NCBI GenBank assembly: GCA_963813715.1
Contig: CAWFAK010000007.1
Span: forward strand, 96,001-160,000
From: an uncultured Planctomycetaceae bacterium
GTDB taxonomy: Bacteria; Planctomycetota; Planctomycetia; Planctomycetales; Planctomycetaceae
Length of the DNA stretch: 64,000 nt
Direction: 5' to 3'
Both the position numbers and the translations under genes were made by a program. This document shows positions 9,460 through 18,524 of this stretch, one piece after another. The stretch's first letter is position 1, and the number at the start of each line of letters is the position of its first letter. The notes under the pieces were generated by a model. It was not told where the DNA came from, did no database searches, and was given only the letters and a program-made list of their open reading frames with translations.

Positions 9460-10367
9460 TCGCTCCCGCTGATCGCCGCCACCACCACCGTGATGTTGTC
9501 CCGGCCACCGTGGTCGACGGCTCGTTTGATCAGCTCGTCGCACGCCACTTGCGGCAGCGTCGGTCGGGCGAGCACTTCGGCGATGGCGGCGTCCGCCAGC
9601 TCGCGCGTCAGTCCGTCCGTGCACAACAACAGTCGATCGCCGTCCTCCAGCCGCAGGTGCACGATTTCCGGATGCACCAATTCGCTCCGGCCGCCGAGCG
9701 AGTTGGTGAGGATGTTGCGGGCGTGCCGCGTCTCTGCGGGCGGGACGCCGCTGTCGATCAGCACCTGCGCCAGCGTCTGGTCGTGGGTGACCTGTCGCAG
9801 CTTGCCCTCTCGCCACAGGTAAGCGCGGGAATCGCCGATCTGCACGACCAGCACGTGCCAACCGACGACAGAGGCGGAGGTCCAGGTGGTGCCCATGCCC
9901 TCCAGGTCGGGATCGGCCTCGCCCATCGCGCGGAGCGTGCGATCAATCTCGCCGGCATAAGCCTGGATCCGCTGCTCGATCTGCTGGGCGGCCACGCTAC
10001 GGAGCCGCATCACCCAGCTGCTGGCCCGATCGGCCAACTCAAAGGCCTCTTGAATCGCCACGCGACTGGCCGTTTCGCCAGCCGCCGCTCCGCCCATGCC
10101 GTCGGCCACGACGAGCGTATAGCTGGTGAGGACGTGGCCGAAAATCGCCGTCTCGTCGCCGTCGAGCGAAACGCGATCGCTCGCCAGATTCGACATCAGG
10201 ATTTCGTGAGCCCGGGTGCGACGAAAGACGCCGAAATGGTCCTCGTTGGTCTTCCGCACCAACCCTTGGTGAGACGCGGCGCCGAACTCCACGTTCGGCG
10301 GCGGCGAGGCGGGCACGAAGAACTGCAACGCAAAGCCCTGATCCGAATCTTGGGTTTTCGGTCGCAT
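9435..10367 (-). CDS. PP2C/PPM-family Ser/Thr protein phosphatase
   Basis: VVADGMGG, GMGTT, QIGDSRAY, LLCTDGL and GGRDNIT motifs. Confidence 0.93.
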   Translation of the reverse strand: MRPKTQDSDQGFALQFFVPASPPPNVEFGAASHQGLVRKTNEDHFGVFRRTRAHEILMSNLASDRVSLDGDETAIFGHVLTSYTLVVADGMGGAAAGETASRVAIQEAFELADRASSWVMRLRSVAAQQIEQRIQAYAGEIDRTLRAMGEADPDLEGMGTTWTSASVVGWHVLVVQIGDSRAYLWREGKLRQVTHDQTLAQVLIDSGVPPAETRHARNILTNSLGGRSELVHPEIVHLRLEDGDRLLLCTDGLTRELADAAIAEVLARPTLPQVACDELIKRAVDHGGRDNITVVVAAISGSDANDEGRK

Positions 10368-10494
10368 CCGTCACTCCCCCCAGCCCATCCGAGGAACATC
10401 CACACGCAGCGCTCGCCCCACCAGTGTCCCGCAAGCTGTCACAAAAGGCCAGTTGTTTCCCGCCGATGACGCACGTTTACATCGGGGATTTGTC

Positions 10495-10662
10495 TCACAC
10501 AAAGGCACGAAGGCACCAGACTTGAGCGGGAAAAGATTTTGAACAGGAGGAAACAGAGGTAACAGAGAAATCAATCGATTCAAGTCTGTCTCACTCTGTT
10601 CACTCTGTTACCTCATGTTCAATGTCTTCGTCTTCTTTGTGTCTTCGTGCCTTTGTGGTGAA
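10495..10662. repeat. Nested nonamer-periodic inverted repeats
   Basis: Outer arms tcacacaaaggcacgaaggcac / gtgtcttcgtgcctttgtggtga; inner arms ttgaacaggaggaaacagaggtaacagag (10539-10567) / ctctgttcactctgttacctcatgttcaa (10594-10622). Confidence 0.8.
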
Positions 10663-10682
10663 CATCCCGACCGGATTAATGT

Positions 10683-10743
10683 GTCTACGCGCGTAGACCG
10701 CTGGGATCTCATCTCGACCGGTTTCCGGCAGCTGTGGTAGAAT
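10683..10743 (+). promoter_or_regulatory. Perfect 16-bp palindrome followed by a candidate extended -10 promoter of the AAA gene
   Basis: gtctacgcgcgtagac (10683-10698); TCGACC-N18-TAGAAT with TG at the extended position. Confidence 0.45.
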
Positions 10744-10894
10744 GACGCGTGACAACTTGATGTCTTCCTGACGGAGGCGCTTAACGCGCCGCAAGTCTCT
10801 TAACGAGAGCCGTCGCCTTGTTCGGGCGATGGCTTTGTTTGTTGGCAGGCCCGCCGGAACGAGGACTTTACTCCTTGATCTGGAAGGGTTTGCG

Positions 10895-12394
10895 ATGTCA
10901 GGAACGAACGGCAACGGAACGAGTGGCAACGGGTCGGGAACAAACGGTTCGGAAACGAACGGGAACGGGCAACAGTCGCGCTGGAGCCTCGGCGGGCAGA
11001 CGTTTTCGCGGTACGTCGACTTTCTTGCCGCTCGCGATCGGCGGGTGGGCGAATTCCTCGAACGGGCGGGAGGCGAAACGGAGGCGGCCCCGGTCGACGG
11101 AACGATCCCGGGCGACGCCGCGCCGGAGACGTTTAACCCCGAACCGGCGTGGCCCATCGCCGAGGCGGTCGACGAAGCCCTCGAAAACCGCTTTCAATTC
11201 CTGAACGCGGCCCAGCTCAACTCGGACGAACACACAACTCGCTACCTGATCCCTGGCATCCTGGCCGCCGCTCAGCCGGGCGGGATTTACGGGCCCTTCA
11301 AGTCGCTCAAAACGTCGCTGGCGGCCGACCTGGCCATTTCGCTGGCCAGCGGCACCCCGTTCCTCGGCCGCTTCCCCGTCACCGAGCCGGGCCGCGTGCT
11401 GTTTCTGGCCGGCGAAAAAGGGCTGCCCGCCCTGCAGTCGCTAGCCCGGCGGATCTGTGCCGAGCGGGGACTGTCGCTGGCCTCGCTCGATAACTTCCTC
11501 GTCTCCCGCGATCTGCCGCGGCTCGATCGGCCCGTCGACTTGATGGCCCTCCGCGAATTGATCGACAAGCAACGGCCCGTCTGCCTGATCATCGATCCGG
11601 CTTACCTGGCGATCGAAAACGGCAGCTCCCGCGGCCTATTCGCGATGGGGGAGCTCTTGCGGCCGCTGGCCGACCTGTGCGAAGCGACGGGCTGTGCCGT
11701 GCTGCTCGTGCATCACGCGAAACGCTCACACAAGCTGGGCAGCGTGCCGACGCTCGACGACATCGCCTGGAGCGGCTTCGCCGAGTTCTCGGCTCAATGG
11801 CTGCTCGTCTCCCGCCGCGGACCGTACGATCCGGCCACCGGACACCACGAGCTGTGGCTGAGCGCGGGCGGACGGGCCGGCCATCACGGACTGTGGGCCC
11901 TCGACGTCGACGAAGGAGCGGCCCCCGCCCTGCCCGAGCGTGGTCCCCTCGCGCCGACCGGCGATGCCCGCGTCTGGAAGACGAAGCTCCATCCGGTCGC
12001 CTGGGCCGAGGCGCAGAACGACGAACAGTTCGTCGCCGCCAGCGAAGATCGGCGGCTGCGTCGCCGCGCACTGCAATTCAGCAACCAGTGCCAACGCGTG
12101 CTCGAGTACCTGACCGCCTTCCCGGACGGCCAAACGGCCCGCCGCATGCGCGAGGTGCTGGGCCTGAGCGGCGACCGCATGAACCGCATCCTCGAAACGC
12201 TCGTCGAACGCGGGAACGTCGCCAAGACGCACGAGTTCGGCGACCGCGGTCGGCCCATCGCACTCTACGCCCGCTCCGCCATCACCGACCTCTCGGCCAC
12301 CGCCATTCAATCCGGCGAGACCCACCGGCCGGATCCCCAGGTCTACGACGTCGGGTCGGGACAGTTCGTGGATCGGCGGGACAAGTTGATTTAA
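10895..12394 (+). CDS. RecA-superfamily AAA ATPase (AAA_25/RepA-helicase-like) with C-terminal HTH
   Basis: Walker A-like GIYGPFKSLKT, VLFLAGE, Walker B LIIDP, LLVHH; C-terminal TARRMREVLGLSGDRMNRILETLVERG; N-terminal NG(T/S) repeats. Confidence 0.85.
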   Translation: MSGTNGNGTSGNGSGTNGSETNGNGQQSRWSLGGQTFSRYVDFLAARDRRVGEFLERAGGETEAAPVDGTIPGDAAPETFNPEPAWPIAEAVDEALENRFQFLNAAQLNSDEHTTRYLIPGILAAAQPGGIYGPFKSLKTSLAADLAISLASGTPFLGRFPVTEPGRVLFLAGEKGLPALQSLARRICAERGLSLASLDNFLVSRDLPRLDRPVDLMALRELIDKQRPVCLIIDPAYLAIENGSSRGLFAMGELLRPLADLCEATGCAVLLVHHAKRSHKLGSVPTLDDIAWSGFAEFSAQWLLVSRRGPYDPATGHHELWLSAGGRAGHHGLWALDVDEGAAPALPERGPLAPTGDARVWKTKLHPVAWAEAQNDEQFVAASEDRRLRRRALQFSNQCQRVLEYLTAFPDGQTARRMREVLGLSGDRMNRILETLVERGNVAKTHEFGDRGRPIALYARSAITDLSATAIQSGETHRPDPQVYDVGSGQFVDRRDKLI

Positions 12395-12495
12395 CCCGGA
12401 AAACACCGGGGATTCTGCGCGAGCGCCGACCGTCGGAGCTCGCGAACGGCTGACGTTGGTCGGGAGACGCAGGGATGAATTAAGCAGAGCGCGGA

Positions 12496-12523
12496 TTCAC
12501 CACAAAGACACGAAGGCACGAAG
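12496..12523. repeat. Single arm of the nonamer-periodic repeat family
   Basis: ttcaccacaaagacacgaaggcacgaag, 25/28 identical to the reverse complement of 10635-10662. Confidence 0.75.
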
Positions 12524-12639
12524 AAGACGAGAGGCGATCGGCGGGGTGACGCTGCGCTCGGACGGATGATGCGCCCGCGGCTCGGCGTGGGAATGTCTGA
12601 CGATTGGTAGCGTGCATGTCCGGCACCATCCCTCGCTGA

Positions 12640-13621
12640 CAGCTTTTGCGCGAGGAGTCATAAAGACTTGCGCAATAAAAAGTTGGTGCTACACATAGTC
12701 TCAATCGTAACCACACGAAAGGAGACGGATGTGGAACACCAACTCTGGAAGGCGATTTTGATCCTTCTCAAACAGGCGAGCAAGCTTCGTCGGCGCACGC
12801 GGGAACGATACGGGGCAGACGACATTGTGCAGGTTTGGCTGTGGGCCGTTCTGCACGGTCGGCCTGTGTCCTGGGCGTGCGATCTTCGGAACTGGCCGCT
12901 GCATGAGCGTCGCCGCAAATTGCCATCGTCGAGCACCATGTCGAGACGACTGCGGAGTGCCGAGGTCCAGCAAATGCTGCAAGAGATCGAACGTTCTGAA
13001 CTGGCTCCTCGTGGGAACAAGCCCCTGTATTGGATGATCGATGGCAAGCCTCTGCCGATCGGCGGTTGCTCGAAAGACCGGCAAGCTGGGTACGGCTGCG
13101 CCGCGGGCTGCAAAGCCAAAGGGTACAAGCTACACGCGGTGGTCGGCAGCGATGGCTCGATCGCTGCCTGGCGCGTGGCTCCCATGCAAAAGGATGAGCG
13201 GGCGATGGGGCGGCGGATGTTGAAGCAAGCGGCTGTGCAAGGGTACTTGCTCGCCGATGCAAATTTCGACTCGAACCAGTTACACGATGTCTGCCTCGAA
13301 CGCGGCGTGCAACTGGTGGCACCTCCGCGTTACGGATTTGGCCGTCGCCGTGGCCATCGGCGTCAGAGTCCCGCTCGGCTGCGATCTCTTGAACTGCTCT
13401 CGAATCCGCAAAGCTCGTTCGGCCGTGCCCTCCATCAAGAACGTAACGCGATCGAACGCTACTTCGGATACTTGAGCACTTGGAGCGCCGGATTGCAGGC
13501 ACTGCCCGCTTGGGTTCGCGGCCACCGACGCGTCCACCGCTGGGTGCAAGGCAAGCTCATCTTTACCGCCTTGCGACGGCGATGCCAAAAAACGACTTAC
13601 GTCACGAGATGAAAAAAGTTG
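12640..13621 (+). mobile_element. 982-bp insertion sequence (DDE transposase, IS5/IS982-like) with 3-bp TGA target duplication
   Basis: Ends CAGCTTTT...AAAAGTTG (7/8 inverted match); TGA at 12637-12639 and 13622-13624; removal restores the REP arm ccctcgctgacgcttcgggtt. Confidence 0.8.
12731..13612 (+). CDS. DDE transposase (DDE_Tnp_1-like)
   Basis: RBS AAAGGAG before GTG; IDGKPL, GYKLH, LLADANFD and RNAIERYFG catalytic-type motifs. Confidence 0.9.
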   Translation: MEHQLWKAILILLKQASKLRRRTRERYGADDIVQVWLWAVLHGRPVSWACDLRNWPLHERRRKLPSSSTMSRRLRSAEVQQMLQEIERSELAPRGNKPLYWMIDGKPLPIGGCSKDRQAGYGCAAGCKAKGYKLHAVVGSDGSIAAWRVAPMQKDERAMGRRMLKQAAVQGYLLADANFDSNQLHDVCLERGVQLVAPPRYGFGRRRGHRRQSPARLRSLELLSNPQSSFGRALHQERNAIERYFGYLSTWSAGLQALPAWVRGHRRVHRWVQGKLIFTALRRRCQKTTYVTR

Positions 13622-13747
13622 TGACGCTTCGGGTTCGTGTCTCTCGCATTTACCAACCCGAAGTGTGAGCGAAGGCTCTTCATCGCAGCGAATTCCCGAG
13701 CGGCGATTCGCATCTGAAGGAGCGCCGTCGAGCGCTTTTGCGACAAT

Positions 13748-14790
13748 TCATTGCGGGCCGATGCTTCCGTCCTCATGCTGCAGGTTATACAGGTTCAAGA
13801 ACAGCCAGAACCCGACGGGCCCGTCCATTTGCACGTCGGTTTTGAAGGAAACGGTCACGCGGCCGTCTTTGCCGAGTTCGCAATGGACCACGCGCTTGAG
13901 GGATTCCGAGAGACCGCTTCCGCTGGTGTCGGCATTGTCCATGGGCGCTTCCCAGCGGCGGCGAGTTTCCTCGAGGACTTTCTTGGCCGAAGAACCGACT
14001 GGCAAAAAAACGACGCGCGCCTGGTCGTTGGCCCACGTCCAGGTCACGCCATGAATGAGTCGATCCCAGTTCGTGGCTGGAATGTGGCGAATCATCCAGA
14101 CGGGGGCCAACCGGTCGATTGCCGTCCATTCCGGAAGACCGTCGGGAAAGGCGCGGGCGGGTGTGCCCCTGTGCGGTGGCGTGTCGATGCGTTCGAGGAG
14201 CTGTTGCAAGAACTCGTCGTGGGTCGCGCACAGGATCGTATCCGGCGAAGCTTCACAAAGTATATCCCAGGCCCCTTCCAGGCTTTGATTTCCTTCGAGC
14301 GGAAGCACAAGACTTCGCGGCCCGCGATTTTTCGGATCTCCTTGGCCTCTTTCCGGAGAGCGTTGGTCCAATCGACGGCGGCCTGCCCCAGATCGCGGTC
14401 GAACACGATGATCGAGCACCCCTCGGCGTAGAACTCGCCGAACTTGCTTGTCACCCGCGGGAGGCGCATTCCGTTGACGGCGATGAGGACCTTTCGGCCA
14501 GCCAGCGGCCCGATATGCTTGTCGTCTTCAAGTTCGCCCAACGCGAGTGATGAGAGAAACGCGGCAGCCCCTTTCGCGGCCTTTGGCGTGTCGGAGCGCT
14601 TGGGGATCGAAAACGATTGCGCCACGACCAGCGTTTCTATGTCTTCGGGAAACCAGTCGAGCACACGCCGCAGTTCGGTTGCCGACTTGCGAGACGGGCG
14701 TTCGTCGCCTGCGGCGATCCTTGAGCCGACCAAGGCGATCGCGGCGACGAGCGCCGCTTGGATCGAACGACGGGCTGTCAAATTGAACAT
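13748..14790 (-). CDS. Hypothetical secreted protein; frameshift near 14245
   Basis: Signal peptide MFNLTARRSIQAALVAAIALVGSRIAAG in ORF 14092..14820; continues as PDTILCATHDEFLQQLL in ORF 13748..14419. Confidence 0.7.
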
Positions 14791-14855
14791 GGGTCGCATC
14801 CTACCGGAGTTTAACGCCAAATCACCAAGGCACGGTCGGACGAAGATGAAGCCAA

Positions 14856-14920
14856 TGAACAGGAGGTAACGGAGACAACGGAGTCAAAGAAAGAGCCTCC
14901 CGTCAGTTTGCTCATGTTAA
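14856..14920. repeat. Degenerate copy of the AACAGGAG nonamer inverted repeat
   Basis: tgaacaggaggtaacggagacaacggag ... ctcatgttaa resembles 10539-10622. Confidence 0.6.
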
Positions 14921-15373
14921 TTGTTTGAGACGCATCCGGGCCTTGCCGAGCCAAAGTCAGCTCCCTCGCAAGGCGTGAGCGAGGGCTCTTCATCGCAGCG
15001 AATTCCCGGACGGACTCACGGAAATTGAAACCGCAACGCCCGGATCGACAGTCCAGATCCGAGCGCGCCCCGATGCCGAAAGCTCCGAAGGAATCGAATG
15101 CGCCGGCGCGACCCAGGCGCGGAAACGGGCTTAAACCAATCCCGGCAGCCCACCGTCAGCGCGCATAAGACGTACCAGCGGCGGGAGACCAAGCCATCAA
15201 CCACGACCCAAGCCGCCCCAGGTGCAGGGGCGATGCCCCTGCAATAGGTACAGGCGGTACGGTCTACTCAGGAGGGTGTTCTTACGGGATCGGACAGGTC
15301 TTTTTAAATTGCGTTGTTTGCCCAGGCGTCGATACTTCACGGGCCGATACCCCCCTCGACGCTGGATGGACTC

Positions 15374-16831
15374 ATGAACTACGACCTGCTGGTGATTGGA
15401 AGTGGACCTGCCGGGCAGAAGGGTGCGATTGCTGCCGCCAAGCTGAACAAGCGGGTGGCGATTATCGAGCGACGCACCGAGTCGATGGGCGGGGTCTGCC
15501 TGCACACCGGCACGATTCCCTCGAAGACGATGCGGGAGGCCATCCTGCACCTCACCGGGTATCGCCAGCGGGAGATTTACGCCGACGCGTACCGCCGCAA
15601 ACGGCAGGTGACGATGAGCGACCTGCGCCGCAAGCTGGAGCAGGTGACGCAGCACGAAGTCGACGTGGTGCAGGATCAGCTGCAGCGGAACCGGGTCGAT
15701 TTGTTTGCCGGCGAAGCGCGGTTTGTCGGCCCCCACGAAGTGGAAGTCACGTCGAGCGAGGGCTCGCGGATTCTGCGGGGGGACAACATTCTGGTCGCCG
15801 TCGGCACGAAGCCGGCGCGGCCGAGCCATATTCCTTTTGACGGCAAGCGGATCTTCGACTCGGACGAGCTGCTCAAGCTGGAGCAGATTCCCCGGTCGAT
15901 GATCGTCGTCGGTGCGGGCGTGATCGGCATCGAGTATGCGATCATGCTGGCGACCTTGGGCGTGCAGGTGACGGTGGTCGACGGCCGCGAGCGGATTCTG
16001 GATTTCTGCGATTCGGAAATTGTCGACACGCTGATTTACCACGCCCGCTCGTTGGGCATTGTGTTCCGCCTGGGCGAGGACGTGGTCGGCATTCAGAAGC
16101 TGCCGCAGGGCATGGTCTTCGTGCAGCTGGAGAGCGGCAAGCGGCTCGTCGGCGAGACGGTGCTGTTCACGGTCGGACGCGTGGGCGACACGGCCGACCT
16201 CAACCTGCAGGCGGCGGGCCTGGAGCCGGACGAACGCGGACGCCTCTGGTGCAACGAACACAATCAGACGTGGGTGCCTCACATCTACGGCGTCGGCGAC
16301 GTGGTCGGTTTTCCGGCCCTCGCCAGCGTGTCGATGGAACAGGGACGGCGGGCCGTGTGCCACGCCTTCGGCCAGCCGTTCGAGACCTGCAAGCACCTGC
16401 CGTACGGTTTGTTCTCGATTCCCGAAATTTCGATGGTGGGCCAGACGGAGCAGAAGCTGACGGCCGACTGCGTCCCCTACGAAGTGGGCGTGGCTCGCTA
16501 CAAAGAAATTGCCCGCGGCCACATCATCGGCGACACGACGGGCATGCTCAAGATTCTGTTCCACCGGCACACGCGGAAGCTGTTGGGCATTCACTGCATC
16601 GGCGAGGCGGCGACCGAGATCGTCCACATCGGCCAGGCGGTGATGGCCCTCGACGGCACGATCGACTACTTCCGCGATACGGTCTTCAACTACCCGACGA
16701 TGGCCGAATGCTACAAGACGGCCGCCTTCGACGGCTTCAACAAGCTGAGCTACGACCGCTGGTGCACGCCGGAAGGCACGACGCAAAGCGCCGAAGTGAC
16801 GGCGACGCTCGAGCTGGCCGCGGCGACCTAA
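15374..16831 (+). CDS. sthA: Soluble pyridine nucleotide transhydrogenase
   Basis: GSGPAG FAD motif, GGVCLHTGTIPSK with a single Cys, GAGVIG, C-terminal FNYPTMAECYK. Confidence 0.93.
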   Translation: MNYDLLVIGSGPAGQKGAIAAAKLNKRVAIIERRTESMGGVCLHTGTIPSKTMREAILHLTGYRQREIYADAYRRKRQVTMSDLRRKLEQVTQHEVDVVQDQLQRNRVDLFAGEARFVGPHEVEVTSSEGSRILRGDNILVAVGTKPARPSHIPFDGKRIFDSDELLKLEQIPRSMIVVGAGVIGIEYAIMLATLGVQVTVVDGRERILDFCDSEIVDTLIYHARSLGIVFRLGEDVVGIQKLPQGMVFVQLESGKRLVGETVLFTVGRVGDTADLNLQAAGLEPDERGRLWCNEHNQTWVPHIYGVGDVVGFPALASVSMEQGRRAVCHAFGQPFETCKHLPYGLFSIPEISMVGQTEQKLTADCVPYEVGVARYKEIARGHIIGDTTGMLKILFHRHTRKLLGIHCIGEAATEIVHIGQAVMALDGTIDYFRDTVFNYPTMAECYKTAAFDGFNKLSYDRWCTPEGTTQSAEVTATLELAAAT

Positions 16832-16851
16832 GAGCGTTCAGCGCCGATTTG

Positions 16852-17085
16852 TCAGAGATGTTGGATCAATTCGGCGAATTCCTCGGGCGTCAGATCGATA
16901 TTTCGCAAGATCGATCGAACGAGGGGCCGGCTCAGGTCGCGACCCGCGTGGTGGGGCACAGTCGTCGTGCGGCCGTCTGCGTGCCGATAGAAGACGTGGC
17001 TCCCCTTTTGGCGGACGGCGGCAAATCCGAGTCGCAGCAACGCCTTTTCCATTTTTTTGGCGTCGACGACCGGCAGGCGGGTCAT
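16852..17085 (-). CDS. hicA: HicA-family toxin
   Basis: LGF..VRQKGSH and TTVPHH...L..IL motifs, 77 aa. Confidence 0.9.
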   Translation of the reverse strand: MTRLPVVDAKKMEKALLRLGFAAVRQKGSHVFYRHADGRTTTVPHHAGRDLSRPLVRSILRNIDLTPEEFAELIQHL

Positions 17086-17309
17086 CCATTCACCGTGATC
17101 TGCTGGATGCCGACGAAAGGCTGCGCGTCGATCGGTTCACCTTTCTCGGACCGTTCTTCCAGGATCAGTTCGAGCACTTCTCGCAGATTCTGCTGCAGTT
17201 CGTCGAGAGTGGCGCCCTGGCTATGAGCACCCGCGAGGCCCGGGATTGTGCCCACGTAGAGTCCGGTCTCTTCGTCGAACTCAATGTACGCCGTGAATGT
17301 GTGAGTCAT
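17082..17309 (-). CDS. hicB: HicB-family antitoxin, short form
   Basis: YVGTIPGLAGAHSQGATLDELQQNLREVLEL; ATGA overlap with hicA. Confidence 0.9.
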   Translation of the reverse strand: MTHTFTAYIEFDEETGLYVGTIPGLAGAHSQGATLDELQQNLREVLELILEERSEKGEPIDAQPFVGIQQITVNG

Positions 17310-17334
17310 TAACGTCGACCCTTTGCAAGTTCCT

Positions 17335-18469
17335 TCACTCTACTTTAGCAGTCGACCGGCCGACTCGCACTGGCCGACTCCCCTCGAGAGAAACGCTGTT
17401 TTGCGAGACGTCGGCATCATTGGATTCGTTCACTTGGAACTGTCGAAGCAGCCCCGAAATATCCGCGGGCAACGGCGATTCGAATGTGACACGGCCGCCC
17501 AGGATGGGATGGTCGAACTCGAGGCGGTGCGCGTGCAGAGCATGACGGCCGGTCGGTTCGTCGGCTTCGACGTCGTCGGTCGATTCGCCGTTCGGGCCCG
17601 GGTTTGCGAGTTGGCCGGCTCGTGCGGCGGCGGGCGCAGAGGGCTTTGTACTCAGCCTTGCTGAGCTTGATCGCTCCGTAGGGGCCGTAGAATTCATCGC
17701 CGACGACCGGGTGGCCGAGTTCTGCCATGTGCAGGCGGATTTGATGGTTGCGGCCAGTGCGCGGGCGGGCGCGGACGAGGGTGTTTTCGGGGCCGCGGGC
17801 GAGCACTTCGTAGTCGGTGCGGCTCGGCCGCCGATCGCCGGCTTCGGGACTGCACGACATCAGCACGCTGCCGGCCTCGGGCGAAGTGCCGATTGGCACG
17901 TCGATCGTGCCGCGCTGGTCGGCCAAAACTCCCTCGACGAGGGCCAGGTAGCTTTTTGAGATTCGCTCCTGCTGGAACTGGATCGAGAGTTGGCGGTGGG
18001 TCAGGTGTTCCTTGGCAACGACGATCAGTCCGCTCGTCATCCGGTCGAGGCGATGGACGATGCCCGGCCGCAGCAGACCGGGCCATACCGTTTGTTGATC
18101 GAAGTGATGTTGCAGTGCGTTACACAGCGTGCCGGTCTGCAGGTCGCCGGCCGGATGCGTGATCTGCCCCGGCGGCTTGTCGACGACGATCAGCCAGGCG
18201 TCTTCGTAAACGATGTTGAGCGGCAACGCCTGCGGGCGATGAATTTTGTCGGGCGGCTCGATCAGGCGGATGCTGACCGTGTCGCCCTGGTAGACCCGCT
18301 CGGCGATTTCGACCGTATTGCCGTCGAGCTTCACCTGCCCGGCGGCAACGATCCGCTGCAGTTTCCACGGCGTGTAATTACGGAAGTGCCGGGCGAGAAA
18401 CGAATCGATCCGCACGCCACTCAAGTAGCGTTCGACAACGAGCTCGGCAGTGAAGGGAAAGGGAGGCAC
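17335..18469 (-). CDS. RluA-family pseudouridine synthase with S4 domain; frameshift near 17630
   Basis: RIDSFL S4 start, VDKPPG, HRLDRMTSG, TGRNHQIR, GDEFYG; ALHAHRLEFDHP is in ORF 17335..17697. Confidence 0.9.
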
Positions 18470-18524
18470 GTCCCGATTGTCGCAAGTGCGGCCGGTTCCT
18501 GCGACGACCGCGGATGCCCGCGGG

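Larger units (their letters stand above)
12630..13675. repeat. REP doublet family C (CCCTCGCTGACGCTTCGGGTT), left arm interrupted by the IS
   Basis: Left arm split into 12630-12639 and 13622-13635; inverted right arm aacccgaagtgtgagcgaagg at 13655-13675. Confidence 0.78.
13665..15008. repeat. 34-bp direct repeats bracketing one gene
   Basis: gtgagcga(a/g)ggctcttcatcgcagcgaattcccg at 13665-13698 and 14975-15008, 33/34 identical. Confidence 0.85.

Noticed and set aside
5452..10662. Periodic repeats as a CRISPR array
   Set aside because: No constant repeat with unique spacers of regular length, and no cas genes.
10635..12523. Inverted nonamer repeats on both sides of the AAA gene as terminal repeats of a mobile element
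   Set aside because: The left copy already pairs with the arm at 10495, and the orientation makes 12496 the left arm of a separate element. No target duplication was seen.
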